NCBI GenBank assembly: GCA_030390025.1 | Contig: CM059432.1 | Span: forward strand, 92,072,001 to 92,136,000 | Direction: 5' to 3' | DNA from: Squalus acanthias | Lineage: Eukaryota | DNA length: 64,000 nt | Shown: piece after piece, positions 1 through 13,660 of the stretch | Layout of the letters: every line of letters starts with the position of its first letter | Numbering within the stretch: the first letter of the stretch is position 1 | Translations under genes and position numbers: made by a program | Notes under the pieces: generated by a model | Databases searched by the model: none | Told to the model about the DNA's origin: nothing | The model's input: only the letters and a program-made list of their open reading frames with translations

Positions 1-972
1 AGTCCCAACCATCTTCAGCTGCTTCATCAATGACCTTCCCTCCAACATAAGGTCAGAAATGGGGCTGTTCGCTGATGACTGCACAGTGTTCAGTGCCATT
101 CGCAACTCCTCAGATAATGAAGCAGTCCATGCCCGCATGCAACAATACCTGGACAACATTTAGGCTTGGGCTGATAAGTGGCAGGTAACATTCGTGCCAC
201 AGAAGTGCCAGGCAATGACTATCTCCAACAAGCGAGAGTCTAACCATTGTTCCTTGACATTCAACGGCATTACCATCGCCAAATCCCCCACTATCAACAT
301 CCTGGGGGTCACCATTGACCAGAAACTTAACTGGACCAGCCACATAAATACTGTGGCAACAAGAGCAGGTCAAAGGCTAGGTATTCTGCGGCGAGTGTCT
401 CACCTCCTGACTTCCCCAAAGCCTTTCCACCATCTACAAGGCACAAGTCAGGAGTGTGATGGAATACTCTCCACTTGCCTGGATGAGTGCAGCTCCAACA
501 ACACTCAAGAAGCTTGACACCATGCAGGACAAAGCAGCTCGCTTGATTGGCACTCCATCCACCATCTTAAACATTCACTCCCTCCACCACCGGCGTACCG
601 TGGCTGCAGTGTGTACCATCTACAAGATGCACAGCAGCAACTTGCCAAGGCTTCTTCGGCAGCACCTCCCAAACCCGCAACCTCTACCACCTAGAAGGAC
701 AAGGGCAGCAGGCACATAGGAACACCACCACTTCCAAGTTCCCCTCCAAGTCACACACCATCCTGACTTGGAAGTATATCGCCGTTCCTTCATCGTTGCT
801 GGGTCAAAATCCTGGGACCCCCCCCCATCCCTAACTGCACTGTGGGAGTATCTTCACCACACAGACTGCAGCAGTTGAAGAAGGCGACTCACCACCAGCT
901 TCTCAAGGGCAATTAGGGATGGGCAATAAATGGTGACCTTGCCAGCGATGCCCACATCCCATGAATGAATAA
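1..972 (+). mobile_element. 3' part of CR1-group LINE ('family B'): RT C-terminus and 3' tail, frameshifted
   Basis: Reads PTIFSCFINDLPS...LFADDC at 1-80. ORFs 194-517 and 456-719 are nearly identical to ORF 45256-45951. Ends in GGGCAATTAGGGATGGGCAATAAATG...CCCATGAATGAATAA. Confidence 0.9.
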
Positions 973-984
973 GGTCTTCCAAAA

Positions 985-1672
985 GGCACTTTAAAAAATC
1001 CCTCATAAGTGACTATCAGCTAAAGTTGAAGCTCATGGAATTGAAGGCAAATTATTGACCTGGTTAGGTAATTAGCTGAGCAGCAAGAGACAGAGAATAG
1101 GGATAATGGGCAGGTACTGTAATTGGCCGGATGTAACTAATGGTGTCCCGCAAGGACCTGTGTTGGGGCCTCAACTATTCACAGTATTTATTCATGTCTT
1201 AGATGATGGGATAGAAAGCCACATATACAAGTTTGCCGACGACACAAAGATAGGCGGCATTGTAAACATGTAGATGGAAACATAAAATTACCAAGAGATA
1301 TTATTAGATTAAGCGAATGGGAAAAACTGTGGCAAATGGATCTCAATGTAGACAAATGTGAGGTTATCTACTTTGGTCCTAAAAAGGATAGAACAGGGTA
1401 CTTTCTAAATGGTGAAAAGCTAGAAAAAGTGGAGGTCCAAAGAGACTTAAGGTGATTGACAAATGAACCAGAGGCGACATGAGGAAAAACTTTTTTAAGC
1501 AACGAGAGATTAGGATTTGGAATGTATTGCCTGATAGGTGGTGGATACAGATTCAATGGTAGCTTTCAAAATACATGTAGAAGAAAAAATTGCATGGATA
1601 TGGGGAAAGAGCAGGGGAGTGGGACTAACTGGATTGCTCTTCGAAAGAGCCGGCGCAGACCTCATGGCCCAG
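985..1672 (+). mobile_element. Degraded CR1 LINE RT fragment ('family A')
   Basis: Decayed GVPQGxVLGPQLF, KFADDTK and VDKCEVI motifs matching the CR1 at 47378-49965. Its TTCTATGT-type tail probably resumes at ~2157-2172. Confidence 0.75.
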
Positions 1673-2015
1673 CATATTGGTGAGGACAAGGTCAAGTAGG
1701 TTTTTCCCCTCATGTTGGTTCTCTCACCACCTGTCACATATGTCCTTCAGATCTCAGCCAGCAGTGGTGCTACCAAGCCACTCTTGGACATTGAAATCAT
1801 TCTGTGCCCTTGCTACCCTCAGTGCTTCTTCCAAGTGGTGTTTAATATGGAGGAGTACTAATTCAGTCACTGGTTTCCTTGCCCATGCTTGACCATGCTC
1901 ATGGGGTCCAGAGACAATGTTGAGGACTCCCAGGGCCACTCCTGACTGTATACCACTGTACCACCACCCCTGGTGGGTTTGCCCTGCCGGTGGGACAGGA
2001 ATGGTGATGGAGGAG
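1673..2015 (-). mobile_element. Degraded LINE APE-endonuclease fragment (probably family B)
   Basis: ORF 1754-1939 (HHLEEALRVARAQNDFNVQEWLGSTT) has a DFN motif, with LDLVLTN-like sequence downstream. Confidence 0.6.
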
Positions 2016-2019
2016 TAAT

Positions 2020-2155
2020 TATTCCAGGTTTACTTAATTAACTGAATTTAAATTCCCCAGCTGCCATGGTGGGATTTGAACTCACATCTCTGGATCATTA
2101 GTCCAGGCCTCTAGGATTACTAGCCCAGTGACATTACCACTATGCTACCATTCCC
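2020..2155 (-). mobile_element. tRNA-derived SINE-like head
   Basis: Minus strand has an A-box-like TAGCATAGTGG and a B-box GAGTTCAAATCCC. Similar to the head of the SINE at 27131. Confidence 0.65.
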
Positions 2156-4989
2156 TTTTCTATGTTTCTATGCATTTAATCTTGTTGCTATAGATCCACA
2201 CCATGCAAAGAATGATAAATATCAAAAATAATTCCTTATCTTTCTCAGCATAACCAACCGAACACAAGTTATTGACAATTCATTCAATTTCTTTGCAATT
2301 ATGAAATGTAACTTTTACAAATAGCCAATTTACCTCATAAAACACTTTTTCAGCTTGCATGATTAATACCTATGTAATATCGTACAGTTGCTTTAATATT
2401 GACAGGCATACAATAGAAGCTAACAAATCTCTACTTAGTTAAGTAATAATGCTAAGAATTAGTTTGAAAACAGAAAGATATGTATACATAAAGAAAAACA
2501 ACATACTGATACGGAATTGTCATTGGAGAAAGCTGTTTGATGATAAAGATAAATCAGTTTTGATCAATCCTGCTGAATTGTTTGGCATTATCAGTGATGC
2601 AGAATTCAACAAAAACTTGTGAATTTGATTTTTCTTCCTTGCTTTTTGTTTATGTGATTTTGTTAGTAATACAAGCACACTTTCAATTGTAACTGTCAGA
2701 AATGTCCGCCAGAAACACTGAAGGGTTCCATTCTGTTTAATACACTGTCTAAGAGTGGTCCTTACCTAAAAACAAAAATCTTTCCAGGTATTAAGGCTTT
2801 TAAATTAATTTCTTCAAATGAGAAATTTGTCCTTAAAAACTCCTTAGTAAAATATTACCCAATTAATTTTTCATGGCAGTATGTTATTTGAAATTATTTG
2901 ATGCTGTATGGTCTTGTTTTTAATAATATATCATTCCAAGGAGATTAGATTTATTTTCTCCTAATCAATGATAAGGTTCAATATTTGCAATTTCATTTGC
3001 TGGAGTTTTTTTTCACTGCTCCCAAGAGAAACTATAAAGAATATGGTTTAATAATATTCTGAAAAGCTGTTCCATTTCACTACAGCAATGCATGCTTCTG
3101 AGAAATCTCAACAGAGCCCCAGTCTTCAATTGCTACGAAGAGAAAGAGCCTCCCTTAAACATATTTAATGTTGCTGGCCACATGAGCCTTCATTCACGCA
3201 CTGTGGCAGGCGCAACACCTGAGTATTGGCAATGCATTAATCATTGCTGCACATAAGAGACCTGCTCCATGAATGCTAATCAAGGCTTGCATACAATTAA
3301 TATCTTCTGCTGCACACAGACTGCAGGTATCAAAACCTATTGTTTGAAAGAGAGTAGATGAGGATTTAAAAAATAATAATTTTAATTTATTCAGAAGGCT
3401 TTTATGTTAATTTTTTTTTACTATTGCACTTACTTGTATTTATACAGATGCATAAACTGTGGTATTTTTATGTTCAGTTTGTTTGTATCTATCTTTAGCT
3501 GGCTAATTATTTACTCCACCCATTCAGTTAGCTTATCAAAGGAAATCTGTGGAGTAGCCAGTGTAGAAATATTAAGTGTTGGATACTATTTTAGTGTGCC
3601 GTTTTACACATTTTGAATTCTTTCTTGTTAAAATTCATTACAAAAGAGTTGTTTTGTTTCACTTCTAAAGATTGAGTGTCAAAGTTAGCAATGAAAGACT
3701 GGTTCCTGTAATGTCACATTATTAAGGCTAACGGAAGCCTATCTGCAAATGACATGTACAATATGATGAGACTGTAATTGATGAACTAAGTTCTCCAACA
3801 ATGTAATTTAACCCAGCTATCTCATTTCACACTAAATAATATTTCCAAAACATTGTGTCTCTCAGATGGCAATCTGCATCTAATAATGAAAGTTATCAGT
3901 AGACAGAATAGGAGTGGGTTGCATGTTGTCATTAATTATACTATATCTGTAGACATTCAGCTAATAGAAAATCTACCCTGGGATGTGTCCCTGTAATTTA
4001 ATTGTGAATTTAGGCCTATTATAAGGTAGATTCTGAGGTAATGCTAACTACACTGAATATATGTTTAAGCAGACAATTGCTTGACTTGTAAGAGGTAAAG
4101 TGCAATAGCAACTAAATCAGTTGTAAGGTAATAGATTCAACATACATACTTCCTATATTAGCATATAAATGCCTTAGCCTGAATACTCCGCACTTATCCA
4201 GTATTGGAGGGAGAAATTCAACATTTCCCTAAACAGGCACAAAGTTGGTAGAGCGATGGCTCTGTGCCACCCTAAGGCTTGAGCCAAATTCGACTTTGGG
4301 CCTCATTTAAATGCTGCTAGCGAGTTGTAGTTACTGAAAAGCGCCCTGCTGCTGTTTGGGAGAGTGGGATATCAGCTGGCTCCTTGCCTGAGCTGATGCA
4401 GGCTGGGAGGCTGGGGGAGAGTCACGAACAAGCCAACAGTAACCTGTTGTAGTTTCTGTGATCGCAGGAGGACTGAAAATGTCATGGGCCTTTTTTAGAT
4501 TGGCCGCCAATGGTCTAGTGATTGTTGCTTAGCCTGCTCAGTGCCTGGTGCAACTAGGCAGACCAGGCACAAACTCAACCCATTTGTACCTGAATTTCAC
4601 ATTCCCGGCCCAACAACCAGCATAGAACCCCAATTTGCATATTTAAGCAACTGAACACCTGTTTCAGGCAGGTGCCCTGGATGACAAAAAGTCACCCAAG
4701 CCAATATAGTGTCCTATGCACTTCTAGCACAGTTCACTGATCACAACGCAAAATTTAGAGGAAGTGGAAGGATTCACAGGCTGATAGGTTGCAACGTGAA
4801 TGCTCCTTCCATGGCAGTAACCATCTTTATACCAGCCAATAGGGTGGTTAGTCCTATATGGCAGGATGGTTTTATGGGCTTTCACAACCCATACGATGAG
4901 GGGGCAGGGGGCCACCCACACTCTACCAGATGTGAGTATCCCGCTGGATGCCAACCCAGAATTCAGAGCCGGAGCTTCAACTCCACTCG

Positions 4990-5070
4990 CCAGGACTGTC
5001 CAGAGTGGGGTTATGAACCCTGCACCTTCTGGCTCAGATGGAGGAATGCTACCACTGAGCCAAAGGCTTC
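4990..5070 (-). mobile_element. tRNA-derived SINE head fragment
   Basis: Minus strand TGGCTCAGTGGTAGCA...GGGTTCATAACCCCACTC matches the head of the SINE at 35907. Confidence 0.6.
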
Positions 5071-5074
5071 CTCT

Positions 5075-5450
5075 TGTGGTAGTGCTGGGATGTGGGAGAA
5101 GTAGGAATTGTGGAATTTAAGAGTAGTGGAGGTAGTTTTGTGATGTGGGACACTAGATAGGGGTTTATGAGATGTGATAGTACAGAGTATTGGGTATGGT
5201 GGGGTGTGTATGTAATGGGCAGGGCGAGCTGGTGCTGTATGCAAGTCAGAGGGCACTCGGAACAATATCTTGTTGTTTGGGTGCAGGGTATTGGATGTGA
5301 TTGGAGTAGGACGTGGATGCTGGAAGTTGGGATAAATGAGGACTGCCAGGGTATGGGAATGCTGGAGGAGTGGTGTAAGTGCACTGGGATGGCAGTGGTG
5401 GGATGTGAGAATAGTAGGACCTGGGTGTAGTCTATTATGGCACATCAGTG
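5075..5450. repeat. G/T-rich low-complexity tract
   Basis: Strongly G/T-skewed degenerate sequence; the overlapping ORFs look compositional. Confidence 0.55.
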
Positions 5451-6361
5451 CTGGGATGGAATTTCTGGCTTGAAGCTGGGCTGGGAGGGCGGTGCTGGAA
5501 TGTGATATCCGGATCAGGGAGTACTGAGGAGGGGGGTCCTCGGCTGTGGTGTTAGCAGGGAGGTCAGGGTCTGAGGGCAGAGATCATGGTCCCCACTGAA
5601 CACCCTGCAAACTTGGGTGGGTCCAGCTGCTTTAAAAAAAAATTAAAACTTCCCCATCCAGCCTTCAGGGGTCCAAGCTCCACCCACGGCCTGGACTCCC
5701 CAGGTGGGCTCACTTCCATTGGTTTTGGCATGATGAACCAGGTGAGACCATGTGTACCTACAGTAGATTCCATCTGAGGAGCAGGACCTCCCAACTGAAG
5801 GAGACCCCAACCGTTCCCTTATGTTCATTATATTGTAAGGGCTGTTGGAGGCTCTGCCCCACAAGGCCATCCCAGAAAATGCGACTGACAGCCGGGACCT
5901 GACTTATCTGGATTCCAGATAGGTCTTTCAGTATTCCAGCAGATTCCCAGCAGTAGTCTGCCAGAGTGGTTGCAGATTTTATGGGGAAATATTCTTTTAA
6001 AACACTCAAACTGCTTTAGAAACTAAAGCCGGTTCCTATCCACAACAAGTACTGACACGTACCAAAACCACCAAGAGGCCAAAATTGATTTGGCTTCAGG
6101 TTGGATGATGCTGCTTGGATTTGGGAGCTGCAAGCTAGGAGGACTGAGGAACACAGCATTATAGTGCCACCTACCTTGGAGTTGGGAGCTGGAAAGGCTC
6201 TATCAAAAGTAAGCCAATAGATATACTTCAAAATAACAGCCAGGCATGACAGCAGTAGTGTGATGGAAATGACATGACAGGAGGTAGTTAAGTGTTACTT
6301 CCTGGTAGTAAATCCGTGCTATACACAAGACTTTTAAAACATTATATAGATGAATAAATTT

Positions 6362-7124
6362 AGCCCAGATTTTTGCAGTCAGCGGCGAAGGGACGGCGCT
6401 TGCCGTCCACCTCGAAAAAAGCTGCCCACAAAGTTTTAGCAGGCTCTAGAGCACAGACTACCTCTTTTCCGATGTCCGTTTGAATTTGGCATCTTCTACA
6501 GGGGATTTGTGGCGTCCAGCAACAGGGCAGGTAGCAGGGAGATTGATCAACCAATCAGATTGAAGAATTCTCACAGACGGCAAAGCAGGAAGTAAAAAGC
6601 AGGAAATTATATTTATATTCATTGTACAGAAAGCAAAATAAAAATTGGGATATGCACATGGGATTAAGGGAATAATTTAAATAGCAAAACACAAACTTTA
6701 AAATATATGTATTTTAATTCTTCTATTTTTTTTAATCTGCAACATTTTAATTTTCTTCTGAGACAATGAGACTCCACACTTGTAAAACTAATTTTTCAGG
6801 GCCAGAGAGGTTTTTCAGCAGTAATTATGACTTAGTACACCGTTAAAACTCAGTTACTCCTAATTGAACAAGGCTTAAGTTTCTCATCGATCTTTACAGC
6901 GAGAATAGTGGGTAATTAGTTTAAGTTAACGCCAAATCAGTGATTTCTGTGTTGATTCCATTTGCAAAGACTGCAACAGCACACCCTGTGGAGGAGCAGG
7001 GTATCTCTGACAGCAACTTCTGGATCTCTACCTTTAACTGCGCATGTGTGGACGCCAGAAGTTGCTGTCAGATTTACCCTGTAATAACGGTGAGCGCTAT
7101 TATTACCACCACAAATTCTGACCC
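6362..7124 (-). mobile_element. Harbinger-type MITE, old copy (same family as 9478-10332, opposite orientation)
   Basis: Ends AGCCCAGATTTTTGC / CACAAATTCTGACCC. 7000-7124 is the reverse-complement homolog of 9478-9610, including a CTGACAGCAACTTC...GAAGTTGCTGTCAG inverted repeat. Confidence 0.7.
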
Positions 7125-7480
7125 AAGTTCAGTCCCCTATCTGTGCTGGGTTAGCTGATCCCTCTGGGGGAATGAGCTATTTTCTACACTTGAGTATAGT
7201 GTCCCTGAGCTGGTGAGGGGAAAATCAGTAGGGTTCCCTCTTCTAATTATGATCATTGATTCGTGCTGGAAATGCCCTTGCATGAATGTTGGTGAGGACA
7301 AAATTAGGCTTGGCTGTGACGCTCCCTGCAGAAAAATAGCCCACAACACGAACTGTCAAAAGACCTGGGAGGTACCAGAAAGCACCCAACATGCCGTGGA
7401 ACCATACCAGAACAAGGGGTCAATGGTTTCAGAAGAGGAGGACAGTAGAGAAAATCAGCTTCCACCTTGAGCGTCTGTGA
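7125..7480 (+). mobile_element. Old SINE-like repeat (related copy at 12445-12505 plus 13816-14110)
   Basis: B-box-like AGTTCAGTCCC then CTGTGCTGGGTTAGCTGATC...GAGGGGAAAAT, similar to 13816-13930. Confidence 0.45.
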
Positions 7481-9192
7481 AAGTTGGTATTGGAAAAACG
7501 TCTTGCCTTGTGCCCTCTTTTATTACCTGTTTATGTTCTGCTAAAGTCCTGCAAACGTTTCACTTCCAGTCCCATTGACTAAGCGGTCAATAATGGACTT
7601 TTGTTTAGGGCATTTAAAAACGAACTTATTGTGATGATTAAATAAAAAAATCTTCCTGCAAAAATACATATATTAAGAAAAAATTCAGAAAAATCAAAAG
7701 ATCACTAATGAAAACAAGGCATTAAACACCGCAACAGAAACATTCATAGTATGTTCACATTTAAAAGTCCCATTGAGCCCATTAAACATAGGTTTTGAAA
7801 GCAAATAGTGCAGGCCTGGCACAAAAGGAAATTACGGCAGCTATTCATTTAAATATTTTAGCATGAATTCTGGGTCTTAAAGAGGAAATGATACGAAATG
7901 TGTGCAACCACTGTAGCACGCAAAATGCACTTTCTGAAAATCATGGCCAGAAGGAATCAAGCGCGACACATGCTGACGATCTGCTCGTCAAATTTTCTGA
8001 CTCACTCCGTGCCCATTGCTGATCAGAAAATGTACCCTTATAGATGGGAAGAGGTGGTTAGAGTGTTTTTCTGATGCGACTATACAGGAAAATCCCTGAA
8101 ACATCAGATTTCATTTTGACACTGGACTTCACGAACACTGAACAGTCAGAATATATTGATTTTAGAAAGGGATAGTTGCTCCCGGATTTAAAATAAATCG
8201 CCATGTGACACGGACAAATTACGTCTTTTGTTGTGGGGATCTTTGGATTCAATAGGCGAGCTCCCACACACAGACGACAGCACTTCTGATCTATGTTGTG
8301 CAATTTCTGCAGGAAATAACATCTTTTATAACGGCAACACGCCTATCAAATGGCACTGGCAGCCTCATAAAACAGGGTGAGAAGTCCAGCATTAATCTTA
8401 TTTCCCTCAAAGGGGCTGAATGTTCTTTTAAGTTACGTGAAGCAACAATGAAGATTGCCAAAACCAGATGAAACCAGATTAAGTTGAAGGATTTCATTGT
8501 GTGTGTTGATGATTAAGGTGATTAATTGTTCAATACCATTCTGTTTAATTATCTTAACACCATGTCCAGTAGCAGTGTGCTCACTTTTGATTCTTTAATC
8601 TATTCTTATTTAAAGAATTGCACCCAATTTCTAATGCGTTTTCTATTTTAATTGAGTAGTTAAAAAGATAAACCGGAAATTGGTGTTTTTTGAATGACTA
8701 GTTCGAGTACGTATTATGGGCATATATATATAAAGATTGTCCATTCATTTACTGAATATAACAGACTACTGACAGCAGGACAATAACAAAAGCAAATTAA
8801 ATTCACCAAGATTCAATCTTCAGAATCTTGGTGATAACGGATTGAACTGGTCTACTGTATTCAGAAGACACATGGAGCTAAAATTGTATTGAAAAGTGGG
8901 AAGTATGACAATTTTTCAGTGAAATTAGTATTTGCTAAAGAAATCATGGGAATAGGTGAATGTGAAATTTACAATTTCTGAGAATGCAATTTTGCTGGTG
9001 GGATTGAAAAATAACAGTCAATCATGCCACAATAACAATAATCATCTTTTTATGTTTCTTAAACAACTAAAGTCAATTAACCTGTACAAATATAAAAAAG
9101 TTCATTATTGAGCAGCGGAGTGCACAACTGTGGAAGAGAATAATTCAGCCTTGGGTTAGAATTTCCTGGGAATCTCTGATCTCCTGCTGTAA

Positions 9193-9430
9193 AAGAAAGA
9201 AATAATTTACATTTATATAGCAACTTTCATGACCTCAGGACGTCCAAAAGCACTTTACAGCCAATGAAGTACTTTTTGAAGTGTAGTCACTGTTTTAATG
9301 TAGGAAACACGGCAGCCAAGGTCCCACTAACAACAATGAAACAGATGACCAGATAATCTCTTTTAGTGCTGTTGGTTGAGGGATATATGCTGACCAGGAC
9401 ACCGGGGAGAACTTCTCTGCTCTTCTTTGA
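9193..9430 (-). mobile_element. Deu-domain SINE, 3' half
   Basis: Reverse-complement homolog of ~36130-36350 (CTTTACAGCCAATGAAGTACTTTT...GACCAGATAATC). Confidence 0.8.
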
Positions 9431-9477
9431 CCTGCTGTGCATTTCCAGTATTTTTTGTTTTTGTTTCTAAAGGAAAT

Positions 9478-10332
9478 GGCCCAGAATTTGTGGTGGGTAA
9501 TAACAGCGAACGTACAGCGTTTGCTGTTATTACCCCTTTGAAACTGACCGCAACTTCAGGATGTAGCGCATGTGCATCCTAACGTGAAAATCCTGAAGTT
9601 GCAGTCAGTCATTCACTGCTCCGACACGGGCTGCATTGTGCCCCCTCCCCCCATAGCTGGCAATCAGTGTAATCAGGGAAATCAGTGAAACTGACAAAAA
9701 TTTTGGCTTTTCCACAGTAATATCGCTGTTAAATACCCCATTAAAAGTTAGACCCTTTGGATTGGGTGTAACTGGTGTTTTAACAGCGTATTGACTGCTA
9801 AACAAATATTATGGTCCTGAAAAACTAATTTTAATTTTGTGCAATGTCAAATTTAATTAAAAAATTACAATTTTTAAGAAACACTGAAAACATTTTTTTT
9901 TAAGTTTGTTCATCTTTATTTCAGGTTTACCTTTTCCCCATGTGCGAGCCCAATCTTTGCTTTGCTCTCTGTAACATTTTTAAAAAGTTAGAATCAAAGG
10001 AGCTTATTCACTCCTGATTCCCGATCTGTGAGAATTCTGCATTGTGATTGGCTGCTTAGACAGCTTGTTGACGTCACTGCAGTTCACGTTAGGAATTCCC
10101 TACTAACTTAAATAAAAACAGAAAATGCTGGAAATCCTCAGCAGGCCAGGCAGCATCTGTGGAGAGAGAAACAGAGTCAACGTTTCAGGTCGATGACCTT
10201 TCGTCAGAACTTAGACTGATCTCAACTCAGCGTCGGAAAAGCCGAACTTCTCGAGATTGCGAGATCTTTGTGGGAAGCTTCGGGGCCAGCGGTGAACACC
10301 TTTGCTTTGCCACTGACCGCAAATTACGGCCC
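9478..10332 (+). mobile_element. Harbinger-type MITE
   Basis: Imperfect TIRs GGCCCAGAATTTGTGG / CCGCAAATTACGGCCC, flanked by AAT and ATT. Homologous to 6362-7124. Confidence 0.7.
10110..10212 (-). mobile_element. Penelope-like terminal fragment with minimal hammerhead motif (10175-10211), inside the MITE
   Basis: Near-identical to 12520-12615. Minus strand reads AGTT-CTGACGA-AAGGTC-ATC-GACCT-GAAA-CGTT-GACT. Confidence 0.7.
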
Positions 10333-11059
10333 ATTAAGGTCCAGATGAGAAAATAAAGTGAACGGAACATTTAAATCTCAGAAATGAAAATTTGGAAACA
10401 AGAAACATAATTTTTAGACATGTGAAAATGTAGTATCTCTTACATTTTTTATTTATATATATTAGGCTTTGCTTAGTAAATATATATAAATATACGCCAG
10501 TGCAATAATTCTGTGGAATGTTGTACTGGAGCCACACGTTATAGGCAATTGTGACATTACTGTGGAATATTATGCTGAAGATAAAGGCAGACCAATAATC
10601 TGCCCCAGGTTGCAGTGCCTTAGGTTGGATTTCTGTCACTGCAGAGCAGCACATGATCCAGAATACTGGACATCTGCTACCACGCAACCTTAACATGGTT
10701 CTGAAGCAAAAATATCAGCAGGTTCTTTTAGGCTGTTGTCACACTGAGCCCGCCTGAGGACCCTGAAAAACCACAAGGCTGCTTTCTTTAGGTACCTCAA
10801 ATACATTCCAAAATGTTTCACTGTCAACATTTCTTTATATAAATTTCTGTTACACAATTGCTAGGGGTGGGCACACCTGCCTTTGTTGGAGTCAAATCCT
10901 GAAGCTCTAGTGCAAAAGGCTTTTCATTTCATGTTTTGTTAACAGGTCCTCATGGGCGACTCACTCATTTGCAAGTCCAAACTCTGCCATGATTCGCTAC
11001 TCTCTAACCCTAAACATATACATCCCAGTGTGCATCTGTGGTTCTGTTATGATCACTGT

Positions 11060-11460
11060 GTCTAAATGTCCCTCTATCTCTCTCTTTGCCTCTTACGCTC
11101 CTACTCTCTCTGTGTCTGTGCTTCTCTCTTCCATTATGCTTGAGTTTCTCTTTCTCTGATTATCTCTATCTCCTTGTGTGTATTAACTATTCTGTTCCCC
11201 CATTGGTCTGAACCTTTATCACTGTCTCCCTGTGTCTAAACTTCTCTCTCTCTCACTTTCCATGTGTCTGAGCTCTTCATTCCCTGTACTTCTGTCTTTT
11301 CATGTGCATCTGACCTTCTCTTCCCTTGTCTGAACATTTCTCTTGTCTTTCTCTCTGAATTTCTCTCTCTGTGAACTTCACTCTCTCCTTATCTGAAGTT
11401 TTCTCCTCTCTTCCCATATCTTAATTTGTTTCATCCAGCTGCTCTCTTTGCTTTAGAGTT
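11060..11460. repeat. CT-rich low-complexity tract
   Basis: Degenerate (TC)n/TCTG sequence. Confidence 0.6.
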
Positions 11461-12578
11461 GTATATTTCCTAACTCTTCAGTTCTAATTTGCTGCTGTTT
11501 TACTTTCAGCCAATCAATAAAGTGTGACAGCAAAAGTGTAGCGAAAAATGTGTGACAACAGGAAAGAAGTATAACAAACAGGAATTGTCTTCTACATGCA
11601 AGACTTTTAATATATCACAGATAGAAAAAACACACAAAAATAATTACATTATGTATAAAAGTAAACTGAGGATTGCAAGCCAAATATTAAAGAGAGTAGA
11701 AATGTTAAAAATAGACTAATATGGAGACCAAATAAAATACAAAAAGTAGGCGATAACGTAATAGATTATTTTTAGTGCCCTGCTTAATATTTATGTTTAT
11801 GTTTAATATTTTTTGCCCATCAACAATCCCGTGGGATATCAACCAGTAATTATAGAAATAGATTATGAATATATTAACTCGTAGTGCTTTCTGCACCAGT
11901 GTGAAATTGTACTGTGGTGTTATGTTTTATTTTGGTGCAGAAATACATTGCAATCCCCAAAGAGTTCACGCTTTAATCAGACAGGAATGTGTAACTGATA
12001 ACAGTTCTATCCACTAATGGGCTTATTTCTTGCTCCATTACTTTCTCTTTTCTTAAGTTAATTTACATATTCTCTGCTGGAGTGAGGGAAGTTCATCTGT
12101 TTTAGTTGAAAGATGTTCATTGAGTCAACTGACAGAAGAGTGTAACTGAATAAAGGGGTGTGTGGTTGTAGCATATTTACAGACATACAGCATTAATTAC
12201 TTAACAGTTGTCACTTGAATTCTTATACGACTGTAACAATTTTAAAATTATGACAAGCAATAGTGACACCAGCATGTTCTAATGAAGAATACCACATGAA
12301 TATTGTAACTAATGGGGACACAGACCAATATCATTCTATAGATTAACTTCAGAAAAGCACACTTGAAATGATAGGCAAGTGTGTTCTAAACAGTCTCCTA
12401 AATTTTGTTCCATGTTGCCAACTCTTCAGAAACAAAATTCAAGCTTCCCTGGTGGCTCAACAAGTTCACTTATTTAGTAGCTGACCGAGCCATACAAACC
12501 AATAGCATCACAGGTTTAAAAACAGAAAATGCTGGAAATACTCAGCAGGTCAGGCAGCATCTGTGAAGAGAGAAACAG

Positions 12579-12615
12579 AGTTAACGTTTCAGGTCGATGA
12601 CCTTTCGTCAGAACT
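12579..12615 (-). ncRNA. Minimal type I hammerhead ribozyme motif
   Basis: Reverse complement of 13661-13697. Confidence 0.65.
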
Positions 12616-12740
12616 GGAAAAAAGCAGGAAATGGAAAAGATTTTTAAGCAAGTGCAGGGGCTGGGAAAGGGAGGAGGGGATGAAAGAACAAAAGGGAAGG
12701 TCTGTGATAGGATAGAAGGCAGGAGAAGTTAAGAGACATT

Positions 12741-13503
12741 GGCCCAAAAATTCGACCCTTCCCAGGTGAGTACGCGCTCTGTACTCACCCGTAATGCGTC
12801 CTGAAGTGCCGGTTTCCTGCATGCACTGCGCATGCGCGGGAAACCGGAACTTCCAGTCTGGTGAAGGGGGTGGTTCCTAGGTGAACCACGTGCGCGGTAG
12901 AGGCTGCATGCACGCAGCGAACTTAGATTTTTTTTCAGGTTTCTACGGGAGGGTAAGTAGTGAAGAACCTACGCTAATAAAAAGGAGGCGCAGGAGCTGT
13001 TTTCAACAAGGTAAGTGGTTAATTTAGTATAATTAAAAAAAAATTCCACAGGTTTATCTTTTTTACATACTTTAAAGAAAGGTAAGTTTATTTTTATCAC
13101 TTTTAAAAAGTATTTTAATTTTTTCAAAAATTTTAATTTTTGTTTAAAGTGGTTAATTTATTTAACTATAGTTATTTTATAAATGTGATGGTTTTTTTAA
13201 AATTTATTTTAAGTTTAGCTGTTCTTTTGGGGCCGATTTCAATTCACAGATTTGACAGCTCTTCCTGTCAAATCTATGAATGAAAGATGGTCTGCTGCCA
13301 TTGGCTCTCCATGGCCCACGTGATCCCAGGGGATGCATCGCACTAACTACGTCCCTGGGACACGCAAGCACTGCGCGCCGGCAGTTGGGGCAGGACCAGG
13401 AGCTGAAGTTCCCATGGGCCCAAAACACAACGGCAGGCACGGTAGGTAAGTGTGCGCGCGATCCTTACCCCCGCGGCAAGCCGGAGAGGCGAATTTCTGG
13501 GCC
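12741..13503 (+). mobile_element. Harbinger-type MITE
   Basis: TIRs GGCCCAAAAATTCG / CGAATTTCTGGGCC. 3-bp TSD ATT at 12738-12740 and 13504-13506. Second copy at 23333-23965. Confidence 0.85.
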
Positions 13504-13660
13504 ATTAAGAGATATTCAAGGCAAAAGGAGATGGTAATGTCCCTTAACTTCTCCTGCCTTCTATCCTATCACAGACCTTCCCTTTTGTTCTTTCATCCCC
13601 TCCCCCCTTTCCCAGCCCCTGCACTTGCTTAAAAATCTGTTCCATTTCCTGCTTTTTTCT

